Origin: Candidatus Thorarchaeota archaeon
GTDB lineage: Archaea > Asgardarchaeota > Thorarchaeia > Thorarchaeales > Thorarchaeaceae
Reading direction: 5' to 3'
DNA: 64,000 nucleotides
NCBI GenBank assembly: GCA_963726195.1
Contig: CAVSBO010000003.1
Span: forward strand, 531,970 to 595,969
Part shown: positions 28,446 to 38,929 of the stretch, in pieces
Position numbering within the stretch: the first letter of the stretch is position 1
Layout: every line of letters begins with the position of its first letter
The notes under the pieces: model-generated
Database searches by the model: none
Told to the model about the DNA's origin: nothing
The model's input: only the letters and a program-made list of their open reading frames with translations
Position numbers and translations under genes: made by a program

Positions 28446-29696
28446 CTATTGTCTTCTTGAAGCTCTGAGCGCAGCTGCAACTAGAATGACAGTAATGATG
28501 CCGTATATCAGTGAAAGCCGGTATGGGAGCGTGAAACCAAACCCGGCAACCCAGCCGCCAGCCATGGGCCCTGCAAAGAAACCTACTCCTGCGAGACTCT
28601 CAACAATCCCGGCATGTGCGCCTTTCTCCTCATCGCTCGCGGAGACCACGATGTAGAGAGCGCCCAAATAGCTGAAACCTGCTCCTATGCCGCAGAGCAC
28701 CATCGCAATCATGAGAGATGTCAAGTCCGTCAAGAACGAAATCGGGAACATCGACGCTGTGATGAAAACAGTTCCTGCTATGATCGCACGGCCCATCCAT
28801 TTGTGTGGAAACTTGGAACAGGCTAGAAACGCAAGGGTCCTGGTCACATTCCAAACAACGAGGAGGTTGCCAAAGGTCTGGGGACCATATCCCGGAAGCC
28901 CCTGAATGTATGTTGGAAACAGCGAGAGTATCACCGTGGAGACGAATCCAAACAGGGCAAGAGAGAGATAGCTCGCGACGAAACGAGTGCTCGTTCTCAG
29001 ACTCCTGTGCCCTCCTATATTACCCGAATCCGGACCGGAATCCAACCGCGATTCGGATTTCGCGGCCGTCACAGGGGTAGTCTTTGTCAGCCGATAGTCT
29101 TTCACGGCGAAGCCTATCAAACCCAAAGTAACGATCTCGATTGCCAGAGCGACGTAGATGCTTGTTACGCTACCGAAGTTGGTAGCCATGTAGGCAAGGA
29201 CGAATGGACTCATAATCATCCCGGCACTCCACGAAGTGGAGAAGTTGCCAAGCACAGCTGCTTGACTTCCGGGACACAGCTCAGCTACCATTGCTTCTAC
29301 TGTCGGATTGAACAGCCCAAAGAACAGACCCTCCAACGCTCGTATTAGAATCAAATGCAGGGGAATGATGAAAGGCTGCGGGTAGAGCAACAGCAGACAA
29401 ATGTACGCGCCAGTCGCAATCATTAGGGACTTCTTTCTCCCGATTCGGTCGGAAATCTTGCCGCCTATTGCAGGAGAGAACATGTACACAATCCCGAAGG
29501 AGCCCATTGCCAAACCCATTTCAAAAGGTGTGGCCCCCAGTTTCCCAGCGTACCAAGAAGCGAAAATCTCTGTTATCCCAAGTGAGAACGTGGACAGGAA
29601 GGTCGCTGAGTATGCTACTATTCTGACATGTCTCTTCCGTGGTTCTGAGAGACACTCAGCCAATGTCCGGCCTTCAGTCTGTGTTCCTGCTGTCAT
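28446..29696 (-). CDS. MFS transporter
   Basis: GKISDRIGRKK (motif A), RALEG, 12 TM segments. Confidence 0.9.
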   Translation of the reverse strand: MTAGTQTEGRTLAECLSEPRKRHVRIVAYSATFLSTFSLGITEIFASWYAGKLGATPFEMGLAMGSFGIVYMFSPAIGGKISDRIGRKKSLMIATGAYICLLLLYPQPFIIPLHLILIRALEGLFFGLFNPTVEAMVAELCPGSQAAVLGNFSTSWSAGMIMSPFVLAYMATNFGSVTSIYVALAIEIVTLGLIGFAVKDYRLTKTTPVTAAKSESRLDSGPDSGNIGGHRSLRTSTRFVASYLSLALFGFVSTVILSLFPTYIQGLPGYGPQTFGNLLVVWNVTRTLAFLACSKFPHKWMGRAIIAGTVFITASMFPISFLTDLTSLMIAMVLCGIGAGFSYLGALYIVVSASDEEKGAHAGIVESLAGVGFFAGPMAGGWVAGFGFTLPYRLSLIYGIITVILVAAALRASRRQ

Positions 29697-29745
29697 TTGC
29701 GGTCACCCTATCTCAGAGGCATCGCTATGTGAGGGAGTGAGTTGT

Positions 29746-30753
29746 TTACCGAAGGTGAGGAATCACGTTTTTGGACAGGACCTTCATGGTCTGCTGCAAA
29801 TCAACGCCAGGCATTGGAAAGAGAACAGGCGTATTCGCTCCTGCGTCTATGAATTGCCTGAGGTACTTGATGCACGATTCAGCATCACCAACGACTCCCA
29901 ATGTCTGCACCATTTTGTCTGTAATCATGCTCGCCACATCTCCTCCTTCAGTGGCCGCTTTCATCATGGCTTTGGTAAGATCAGCTGGGACACCAGCATG
30001 CTCCATGAGGGGTCCACCAGGTTGAGAGTGTGGCAGATAGAGTTTCATTAGGTTCCGGGCAAGTCTTATCGCTTTGTCAACATCATCATCAATTGCCATG
30101 GGAATGTAGGAAACCATCTCGAAGCTATCGAGATTCTTGCCAGCCTTCTTAGCACCCTCCTTCACCCGATCCCACGCGAATTTGATGTATGATGGCGTGT
30201 TGAATATCGATAGGATGGCACCATCACCAATTTCGCCTGCAAGCTCGAGGCCCATCTTACCCTCGAAAGCCAGATAGATTGGAATGGACTTGCGTACTGG
30301 ATCGAAAATCAGCTTGACGTCTTTGGTCTTGAAGAACTCTCCTTCATGCGTGACATTCTGACCAGTCATGATCTTGCGAACGAGTTCGATGCATTCCCTA
30401 GTTCGTGACAAGGGTTTGTCAACGGTGTATCCCATCTGTGACATCCAGTAGGGAACACCTGCGCCGAGACCGAATACTAATCGCTTGTTCGCCATCTCAT
30501 CAAGCGCTCCAAACTCCATTGCAATTAGCGCAGGATGACGGGAGTAAGGATTGATCACTCCTAGTCCTATTCTGATACGCTCTGTTGCCATGCTAGCCGC
30601 TGCAATGTAGGGTATTCCGCCCCTGAAGAAGTAGTCCTCAGCGAACCATGCAGAACCGAGTCCAGCCTTCTCAGCGCCTTTTGCTAACGTGACAGCTTCT
30701 TTGACAGGAAACACACCTGTCATTGCGACACCAAATTCCTTGAATCCTTTCAT
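29746..30753 (-). CDS. LLM-class (Mer-like, F420/FMN-dependent) oxidoreductase
   Basis: AWFAEDY, ATERIRIGLGVINPYSRHPA, GLGAG, IPIYLA, LAGEIGDG. Confidence 0.88.
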   Translation of the reverse strand: MKGFKEFGVAMTGVFPVKEAVTLAKGAEKAGLGSAWFAEDYFFRGGIPYIAAASMATERIRIGLGVINPYSRHPALIAMEFGALDEMANKRLVFGLGAGVPYWMSQMGYTVDKPLSRTRECIELVRKIMTGQNVTHEGEFFKTKDVKLIFDPVRKSIPIYLAFEGKMGLELAGEIGDGAILSIFNTPSYIKFAWDRVKEGAKKAGKNLDSFEMVSYIPMAIDDDVDKAIRLARNLMKLYLPHSQPGGPLMEHAGVPADLTKAMMKAATEGGDVASMITDKMVQTLGVVGDAESCIKYLRQFIDAGANTPVLFPMPGVDLQQTMKVLSKNVIPHLR

Positions 30754-30855
30754 GTCAGAAACACACCAACCGCGATTTGTAGCCTGAATAAATGAGTTAC
30801 TAAACGACACAAATGCTCGCTTTGAACAAAAGAGAAGAGGAGGGAAGTAATCCCT

Positions 30856-32782
30856 CTACTTCTTTGGTAGCTTGCCCATCTTACCGAGATAGTCCGCTAC
30901 GTCTTTCAGTTGGAGCTTCTCCAGAGTCTCTCTGTATGGCCAGCTCGTCTTCAGGTCCCACTCATGAAGAGTATAGTACCTGTCCAGCATGCCATCAAGC
31001 TCAGCACGGGAGTTCATCGCACCCTTTAGAGGACCCGAGGCTGCCCCCTCGTTCATGAGACGCCAAGGCAGATCATCATGCTGTCGGGTTGCGCCTCTTG
31101 TTATATTGAAGGCCTTTTCAAGATTAACGACCCTGCGACCTGTTAGCATAATGTCTTTCTCAGTCATAGGTATTCCCGTGGCTGCCTCGTAGAGCCGAGC
31201 CATGTTGTCCGGGTTCACACCGAATGCCGCCGTCGATGTGAATACACAGAACCCGAGAGCCTCTGTGATCTCGTAGCAGTCTTCGTGCCAACGCACAATC
31301 TCTGCTCTATATTCGGTGAAGTGAGGAGATGCCCACTTCTTATCACCCGTCACCTTCTCGATCAGTGCCACGGCTTCAGGACTTGAACCGAATTCAGCGA
31401 AGGTCTCCGTCATCAAGTGATCATTTCCTCGCGGGTTGACAGCGAATGCAAGAGCGTATGCTTTTGCGGAACGTGTCTCAACGTTCGACTGCTCAAGACC
31501 TTTCGAGTTCATGATGGCCCACTTGTATGAATCTTTGCCGACCTTCTTCGTCGCAATCTTGAGACCATCAGCGAGCAGATTTCCAAGCTTTCCCTTGCGG
31601 AGTGCCAGTGCCTCAAGCATCTTCAGGAGTTCAGGTAGTTTTCCCCAACCCAGCTCAAGACCGTCGGTATCCGCCTTTGTAAGAACACCTCGCTCGTATG
31701 ATTCTATGGCCCACTGGCATACCCCACCAGCCGTAATCGTGTCGAGACCTAGGCGGTTGCAGATCTCATTTGCGAGTATCACACCCTCAGTATCGACAAC
31801 ACACGGACCGTTTCCCAAAGCCCCGAAAGTCTCGTACTCTGGGCCACCACTCGCTATGCCGGCGTGAGGACCTTTCTCAATGGCTGAATATCGGTGGCAG
31901 CCAATCGTACATCCAAAACACGCAACCCTCCTCTTGAGGTACCCCTTCTCTACGAGTGCTTGACCTGTGATTGGGTATACACTCGGAGTGTAGCCTGTTT
32001 GCCAGTTTTTGCCTGGAAGAGCATGAAGCTCGTTCACTGCTGCTACAGAAGCCGAGGTTCCAAAGTCGTGAAGCCCGATTGACCCGCTATCCTTGCGGAG
32101 AGAATCCCTCATCTCTTTCGCAACTGCCCGCGAACTTCTTGGGATCCTTCACCCTAACTGCCTTAGTTCCCTTGACGGATATGGCCTTCAAGTTCTTCTT
32201 TGCCATTACCGCGGCGCCTCCACCCCGGCCAGCAGCATGATACACTGAACACTGAATTGAACCAGCGCGCACAAGCTTCTCACCTGCAGGGCCGATATAG
32301 AGACCCCTCGAGTCGTCACCGTGCTTCTTCTTGAGCAAGAGATCGGTCTGAATCATGTCCTTGCCCCACAAGTCCTTAGCATCAAGAATGTCCACGTGGT
32401 CATCCTCGATGTAAATGTAGGAGGGCTTGGGAGCGACCCCGTGCACTACCAAGTGATCGTAGCCAGCAAACTTCAACTCTGCTCCCCAGTGACCACCGGT
32501 GTTAGTCTTGAGATACATCCCGGTTGTGCATCCAACCGTTGTGACCGAAGTTCGACCAGAGGCTGGAGCAGTTGTGCCAGTCAACGCACCTGGAGCGTAT
32601 ATTATCACGTTCTTCGGATCATCCCATGTTATGGTTGGATCCTTGCAGTAGTCCCACAGGATTTTAGCGTTGATTCCTCTGCTGCCAATGTACAACTTCC
32701 GCCATTCTTCTGGCAGCTCTTGATTCCAAATCTTGTTGGTGCTCAAATCAACATGCAGTATCTTACCCTGATGTGCATACAT
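30856..32782 (-). CDS. aor: Aldehyde:ferredoxin oxidoreductase (W/Mo-pterin), frameshifted near 32110
   Basis: ILHVDLS, GAELKFAGYD, IGPAGE, AGRGGGAAVMAKKNLKAI; C-terminal part has CFGCTIGC, GPEYET, LGLDTI and YYTLHEWD. Confidence 0.9.
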
Positions 32783-32785
32783 TTC

Positions 32786-33253
32786 TCAAGCAGCCTCCTT
32801 CGTGAGCTCACGGTACATAGACATTCTTGCAGTTCGCATCTTCTTCTTTTCCTTGAGACTCGCATCGGTCTGATCCACCCATTGCAGTGCACCTGGCACG
32901 CAATGATCGACGCAGTAGGGGTTGCCCGCACATAAATCGCAGACCAACGGATACTTGGCTTCCGGATGAAGCCGGATTCCATGATAGGGACAAGCAGGAA
33001 CACAATCGCCGCACCCGTTGCATGCTTTCCTGTCAACCAGAATCACTCCTGACTTCTTGTCTTTTGAGAGAGCCTTTGTAGGACAGGATTCAATGCACGG
33101 ATGTGGCTCGCACTGCTCGCACAATAACTGGATTCCAAGAGCAATGTCCTCTCGTTTCATAATCTTCAGTCGTCCACGATGTGTGTCGAACAGTTCTTCC
33201 TTCGTGAGAGAACAAGCGATAGTACATTGCTTGCATCCTGTGCACTTCTCCAT
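32786..33253 (-). CDS. 4Fe-4S dicluster ferredoxin-like subunit of AOR (frame is open ~30 codons further upstream)
   Basis: CTGCKQC..AC, CEQC...CIESCP, CNGCGDCVPACP, CDLC...CVDHC. Confidence 0.88.
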   Translation of the reverse strand: MEKCTGCKQCTIACSLTKEELFDTHRGRLKIMKREDIALGIQLLCEQCEPHPCIESCPTKALSKDKKSGVILVDRKACNGCGDCVPACPYHGIRLHPEAKYPLVCDLCAGNPYCVDHCVPGALQWVDQTDASLKEKKKMRTARMSMYRELTKEAA

Positions 33254-33578
33254 GTCTACAAGCAGAATCCTAGCAGGGGATGGGCCCGCCTTGCTTGTAC
33301 TAGGTGCAGCAGGTTGTGGCTTGCCTTTCTGTGAGTACGTTTTCTAGACTGCCTCCTTCATTCGGACAGATTGTTAAAGTTGGGAGTGGGCTATCAGCCC
33401 TCCATTTTAACTCTACTCTCTGCGTTATGTTCTGCGCTGCATGTCGGTGGTTCTGGGAAAGGATTCATAACCAGCTGGGGCCAAAAGTGGCCGGTAGGCA
33501 CTAGGTAAATTCCTCTTCCACTCTGCGGCTGTGGGAAAAGCCCTGACGCAGGCAACTATGACTTAATCTTGTTAAAGA

Positions 33579-35844
33579 ATGGCGGATGTAAATACATTGA
33601 GACAGCTTGGTGGAATTGAGCGGCAAGTTCACAGGTTGGCTACATTAGTAGATGCGACGCTGTCCGAACCCGACTTTCCACGTGAGCACGCCGAGCAGGT
33701 GAACCTCGCAGTAATGAGAATGCTCCTCGTCCATGCCCTGTCACAATATGACATAGCCACTTCCATTCCTCTGACAGAGCTTCTGTCAGAGCGTTGTTCA
33801 CGTGCTGGTGAATCTTACACGCAGTTCCTAAATATGTTCAGCACAAGACAGCGACGGCCAATCCAGAAACGTAGCCTCGAAGAACCATTGGACTATGAGG
33901 ATTGCTTGAGTCTCAGCCCTCTCGCTCTGGACGTATCTGAAGGTTACGTTGGACACCTCCTTTCAGACAACCAACTACTGGAATTCGCGACTGTCATCGA
34001 CAGAATGAATCTCGCCGGATACGGAAAGAGAGATCCAGTTAGCAAAGCTACTCTGCTCGGAAATGTCTACGAGTTTCTGAAGGACCGCACCAGCAAGAAA
34101 GAGCATGGAATATTCTATACTCCAGACCCAGTTGCGAGCTTGATATGTGACCTGAGTCTGAGTACATATCATCCGACTTGGGGACAAACTGATGAGACTA
34201 TCGATCTGGAGTCACTCGAGTGCTTGTTAGACCTACGCGTGTTAGACAACGCATGTGGGTCTGGTGTTTTTCTCTTGAACATGCTCAAGAAAATTGTCGG
34301 ACTACTCCAAAGAGCGGCACAGGATAATCCAAAAGCCTGTCACACGCTAGAAGGTCGAGGGGCTTACCCGGATGATACGTCCACTCTCGCAAGGCATGTT
34401 GTCAAGAGTAATTTGCATGGTAGGGACTTGGACAAGGCAGCCTTGCGAATCGCCAAGACTCAGCTCTGGCTGGCCATCTGCTCGATGGATCCGGAACGCA
34501 TGCCACTTCCATTGCCAGGAGCAGACCTCGTTGCCATGGACTCGCTTCTCGTGGATACGCAACAGGCGAGTGCATTCGATATAGTTGTGGGAAACCCGCC
34601 GTACATGAAGGCATCATCCCTTCCAGAGAGCGTCAGGGACCATCTGCGGGACAAGTATCCAATCCATGGAGAATACAACTCTCATGCTCTCTTCGTACAA
34701 TCTGCTCTGCGTCAGCTCAAGAGAGACGGAGTATTGGCATACATAGTTCATAAGAACATCTTCACCTTGGATAGTTTCCGTGATTTGCGTCATCTGCTGT
34801 TGGATTCGTATGAGTGCACCAATCTGGTCGACTGTGGTCCGGGCATCTTCAGGCGCGTGACGGCAGAGACCGGCATCATGGTTGTTAGAAACTCGCATCC
34901 AGCTGAAGATTCAAGTATCAGACTCTCGAAATACGTAAGGTCGACATCTCGCCTGCTACCCGCGGTTACGTTCTCACAGGCGGAATACTTGAGAGTGGTA
35001 CGTCCGTGGGAATATCGTTATGTCTTGAGCATAAGTGAAGAAGACAGAGCCGTCTTGAGTCTCCTTGAGAACACTGCCACGTCTAGACAAGTTTGTGTCG
35101 ATCAGACGTGGAATAGAAACAGGAAGGAACAAGAGATACCTTTCCTCGTCTCCGGATGAACAAGGGAACTGGATTCCGGTCTTGCGTGGAAAGGACATCT
35201 CCGCCTTCAGAGCCAGACATCGGTTTTACTTGAACTATCGCAGAGATGAACTATCGAAGCCTGGCCCGGTGGATCTGCTTCAAACACCAAAGCTGGTCGT
35301 ACAGCAGAACTCTAGACGACCGATTGCCTACTTCGATGAGGGACGCTTTCTAGTATTGAACTCTGCCACGTATGTATCGGAAGCTCCTCCTGACTTCCTG
35401 AAGTCAGTTTGCGTCTTTCTCAACTCTGGTCTAGTCGGTTGGTTCTTCCGAAAGGTCGTAACCAACGACGCGGGGTTGACTGTCAACATTTTACCTAACA
35501 ATCTCGGACTCATTCCTCTTCCCGCGCATTTCGACACGAGAGTTTTCGCCTGGCTATGTGACATGCTGACTTCACTAAACGGTGAGTCGGAACATATCAT
35601 CTTCGCAGAGAAGGAATCACTCCAAAATGCTGCGGACGCCGCCGTATTAGAGTCCTACTTCCCCCAGCAGTTTCCGCGGATGCGTGTGACTCGGATTCTG
35701 TCATCTGCTGCAAGGAGACCCGTGATAGGACAGCCATTTCCGGCTTGTGTGAGTGAAAAGAAGCTCAGGGCAGAAGCCATCCGAAATGCCTTCGACACTC
35801 CACTGGTGAAAGTAATTGCAGACCTTTCGGACCAGACACACTAA
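33579..35844 (+). CDS. N6-adenine DNA methyltransferase (Eco57I/TaqI-type with C-terminal specificity domain), frameshifted near 35070
   Basis: GIFYTP, VLDNACGSGVFL, FDIVVGNPPY. ORF 35065-35844 has RRGIETG, PVLRGKDI, PKLVVQ and LNS (TaqI_C-like). Confidence 0.85.
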
Positions 35845-35919
35845 CGGTTCAACCGTTGCGGGAAGGGGTGAGAAGAGAGCAAGGTCACAACGATAACGGA
35901 CATAAGTGATGAGTTCCTT

Positions 35920-36546
35920 GTGAATCCAATAACCATGACGGATTCTGAAGTCTCATCGAGGCGAGAAATGCACCCTGATGAGATTGAGTTTGACGATTTG
36001 TTGTGGAGTAGGCAACGTGAAATAAAAGAGAGCATCCACACGCTGATTTCTCATCATCCGCCCTCACTCTACGGACATTGCCTTCGAGTCTCTCTCAGGG
36101 GCCACTCAGTTTACTTCTGTGGTCGGTGCACTGGGATCTACGGTGGACTAGCTCTAGGCATTCTCATTCTCGTCGCTGTGAACGTCCGCCTCGAACCATC
36201 GTGGGCTTGGTTCTTCGCGGCAGTTGCAGTAGGATTCGCCACCGTAATTGATTGGACTACGCAGAGATTGACTTCCCGAAAGACCACCGTGAATGCTAGA
36301 GCAGTGACTGGCCTCATGAGCGGTTTGTCGTTGGCTGTCATATTCGTACTCGCCGACTTGATCTACATGCTGGTCGCCCTCAGTGTCATGATGGGAACTA
36401 TCGGGATAGTCAGCATAATCGAGAGTCGCACAAGGAACGTCAGCTGTCCGCTCATGATACAGAGCCGAAGGACATGTTTCGCGCCTCGCCCATTCATCGA
36501 GACTGGCTCCTGTGTCGGGCTCAAGGCAAGCATTTTAACCGAATGA
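35920..36546 (+). CDS. DUF2085-type membrane protein
   Basis: SHH...FCGRCTGIYGG, IDWTTQ, RAVTGLMSG. Confidence 0.7.
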   Translation: MNPITMTDSEVSSRREMHPDEIEFDDLLWSRQREIKESIHTLISHHPPSLYGHCLRVSLRGHSVYFCGRCTGIYGGLALGILILVAVNVRLEPSWAWFFAAVAVGFATVIDWTTQRLTSRKTTVNARAVTGLMSGLSLAVIFVLADLIYMLVALSVMMGTIGIVSIIESRTRNVSCPLMIQSRRTCFAPRPFIETGSCVGLKASILTE

Positions 36547-36571
36547 CACTGCTCCGAAGCCCGGTGACGGT

Positions 36572-37708
36572 ATGATTCCTGTGGCTAAACCGATTGTTGG
36601 AAAAGAAGAGATTGAAGCAGTCAGGAAGGTTTTGGAATCCGGAATGCTTGCCGAAGGAACTGTTGCTCATGAGCTTGAACATCAATTTGCAGCGTATGTC
36701 GGAGCAAAGTTCGCTGTTGCCACTTCAAACGGCACCACTGCGCTAAGCACCGCTCTTGACGCTATGAATATACAGCCGGGAGATGAGGTCATAACTACAC
36801 CATTCACTTTCATCGCTTCGGCAAACACCATAGCAATGCTCGGCGCCATCCCTGTGTTTGTCGATGTCCAACGAGACACGTACAACATTGACCCAGATTT
36901 GATTGAGAAGGCAATCACCAAGAAGACCAAGGCAATAATGCCTGTCCACATTTTCGGCATGCCTTGTGACATGAAGCGCATAATGGAAATTGCGAAAGCC
37001 CATGACCTGCTCGTTATCGAAGATGCGGCCCAGGCTCACGGAGCCGCCATTGACGGCAAGAAGGTTGGGTCGTTCGGTCATACAGCCGCATTCTCCTTCT
37101 ATGCCACCAAGAACATGATGACGGGTGAGGGCGGCATGATCATGACCAATGATGAGGAGATTTATGATAAGGCTAACATGATCAAGAACCACGGTAGAGG
37201 CAAAGAGGGAGGCTACAGTCATCATCGTATTGGTTACAACAGTCGAATGATGGATCTGGTTGCTGCAATCGGCTTGGAACAACTGAAGAGACTACCAAGT
37301 GTCTTGGCAGCCAGACGAAAGAACGCACAGGCATACGACAAGATGTGCTCTGAGCTGAAAGGGATTCGTCCGCAGGCAGTCAAGAAAGGCTTCGAGTCAG
37401 CATACCACGTGTACGCGCCGTGCTTGAATTCTCCAAAAATGAATCGTGACAAGATGATAGAGTACCTCAAGCAGAATGAGGTTGGATCTCGCACTGTCTA
37501 TGCTCTGCCTTGCCACAAGCAAGACACCTACCTCAACATAAAGGACTGGCGCTGGGCGAAGTTCGTCAAGTACCCCAATTATGCAGCGTTGAAGCTGCCA
37601 AACTCCGAAGAGATAGGGGCACAGCATTTCGAGATTCCAGTACATCCATCAGTGACCGACCAAGACCGAGCCCGGATTGACCAGCTGATCAGAAAGGCGC
37701 TCGCTTAG
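36572..37708 (+). CDS. DegT/DnrJ/EryC1/StrS sugar aminotransferase
   Basis: NGTTAL, TPFTFIASAN, IEDAAQAHGA, SFYATKNMMTGEGG, GYNSRM. Confidence 0.92.
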   Translation: MIPVAKPIVGKEEIEAVRKVLESGMLAEGTVAHELEHQFAAYVGAKFAVATSNGTTALSTALDAMNIQPGDEVITTPFTFIASANTIAMLGAIPVFVDVQRDTYNIDPDLIEKAITKKTKAIMPVHIFGMPCDMKRIMEIAKAHDLLVIEDAAQAHGAAIDGKKVGSFGHTAAFSFYATKNMMTGEGGMIMTNDEEIYDKANMIKNHGRGKEGGYSHHRIGYNSRMMDLVAAIGLEQLKRLPSVLAARRKNAQAYDKMCSELKGIRPQAVKKGFESAYHVYAPCLNSPKMNRDKMIEYLKQNEVGSRTVYALPCHKQDTYLNIKDWRWAKFVKYPNYAALKLPNSEEIGAQHFEIPVHPSVTDQDRARIDQLIRKALA

Positions 37709-38343
37709 TCCTTCTTGAAATATGGCAGAATTGTTCTGAGGTCCTTTGATCGGATGGTGACAGAAGCAGCACTGCCAACCCTTTCTGTTTGCGGGTTGAA
37801 TGCAATGCTAAGTGACGACGACTTGAACAGCTCTAGGTCGTTCTCGCCGTCACCTACACTTGCCAAGTTCCGAGAAGAGAGCTTCTTCGCCTTTAGGTAC
37901 TGAAGGACCTTCTCAGCTTTCTGAGGCCCCTGCATCACGTACTGCACTGTGCCATCATGCTTCCCGTTCTTCTCACCCAGCACGTTCGAAAAGGCAAAAT
38001 CAAGGCCAAGCCTGCGAGCAAAGGGCTTCATGAAGAACTGACTAACACCACTGGACACGCAGCCCACTTCATAACCGAGCCCCTTCAAAGACACTACGGT
38101 CTCTTCGGCACCTGACATCAGCGGGATTGTCTCAACAAGCGGGTCAAGCGTGCCGTCAACGGGAACGCCAGCCCATATCTTGGCTCCTTCAACGATGGAG
38201 TCTTTGAGCGACAACCGTCTCTTGACAACGCCCAGGAATGCTTGTTCCAGTCCCAGCTGCTTAGCAAGTGGGTATGCCGCGCTCGGTCCATCAAAAAGGA
38301 CTCCGTCCAGATCCAGCACAACCACAGTAATCTGACTTCGCAT
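37705..38343 (-). CDS. HAD-IB hydrolase, phosphoserine phosphatase SerB-like
   Basis: DLDGVL, VSSG, K, VGDGENDL, IAFN. Confidence 0.8.
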   Translation of the reverse strand: MRSQITVVVLDLDGVLFDGPSAAYPLAKQLGLEQAFLGVVKRRLSLKDSIVEGAKIWAGVPVDGTLDPLVETIPLMSGAEETVVSLKGLGYEVGCVSSGVSQFFMKPFARRLGLDFAFSNVLGEKNGKHDGTVQYVMQGPQKAEKVLQYLKAKKLSSRNLASVGDGENDLELFKSSSLSIAFNPQTERVGSAASVTIRSKDLRTILPYFKKD

Positions 38344-38726
38344 TAATCCTTCACGTCGCTCAGGTCATATAGAGATGGAACGAAAAGGCGAGACCGTATT
38401 ATCGGTTTTGGTTGCGTGCCGTGTCGCAACCGTGTGCATGAGCTGGCCTGAAGTGTGAGACGGACATGAAGTGGTCAAGCATGCCCTTCGTATGAAGGCA
38501 GCATTTCTTAGTACGGGACTCCTAGAGGTCGTGTCTCAGGGGATTTGACACCGTGGAAAATGAACTTAGAATGAATGAGTGTCTCAATGTGACCAAATCG
38601 GGCTCTCTAGGCCCGCGGAGGGTCTGCTGTCTTATGAAAGACATGGACAAATGGTTAAAATACGCTAGTGCATCAAAGAACCGTAGCTACTACGCACGCA
38701 AGCAGCAGTAGTGTGAGGCGACTAAT

Positions 38727-38822
38727 GTGAGCGAAAACAAAGACAAGATTGTTCCCAAGGTTCATGGTCCGAAGAATCCCTTCAAGGGTGGAAACCCATA
38801 CAAGAAGGGCGACAAGAAGTAG
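38727..38822 (+). CDS. Putative 31-aa basic small protein (MSENKDKIVPKVHGPKNPFKGGNPYKKGDKK)
   Basis: GTG start with GTGAGG RBS-like sequence upstream, TTAAAATA TATA-like box at ~38655, and a T7 tract immediately after the TAG. Below the ORF-track cutoff. Confidence 0.5.
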   Translation: MSENKDKIVPKVHGPKNPFKGGNPYKKGDKK

Positions 38823-38929
38823 AGGTTTTTTTCACTGCATGGGAGTATCTGCCTGGCCAAAGCCTGCGCAGATACTTGTCCTTGCAACATTGCTTCTGAA
38901 TGCTCTCAGACCCCGGATGCTAGCTGCGA

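Noticed and set aside
29746-30753. Calling the LLM protein mer (methylene-H4MPT reductase)
   Set aside because: The family is clear, but Mer-specific identity and a C1-pathway context cannot be established from the sequence.
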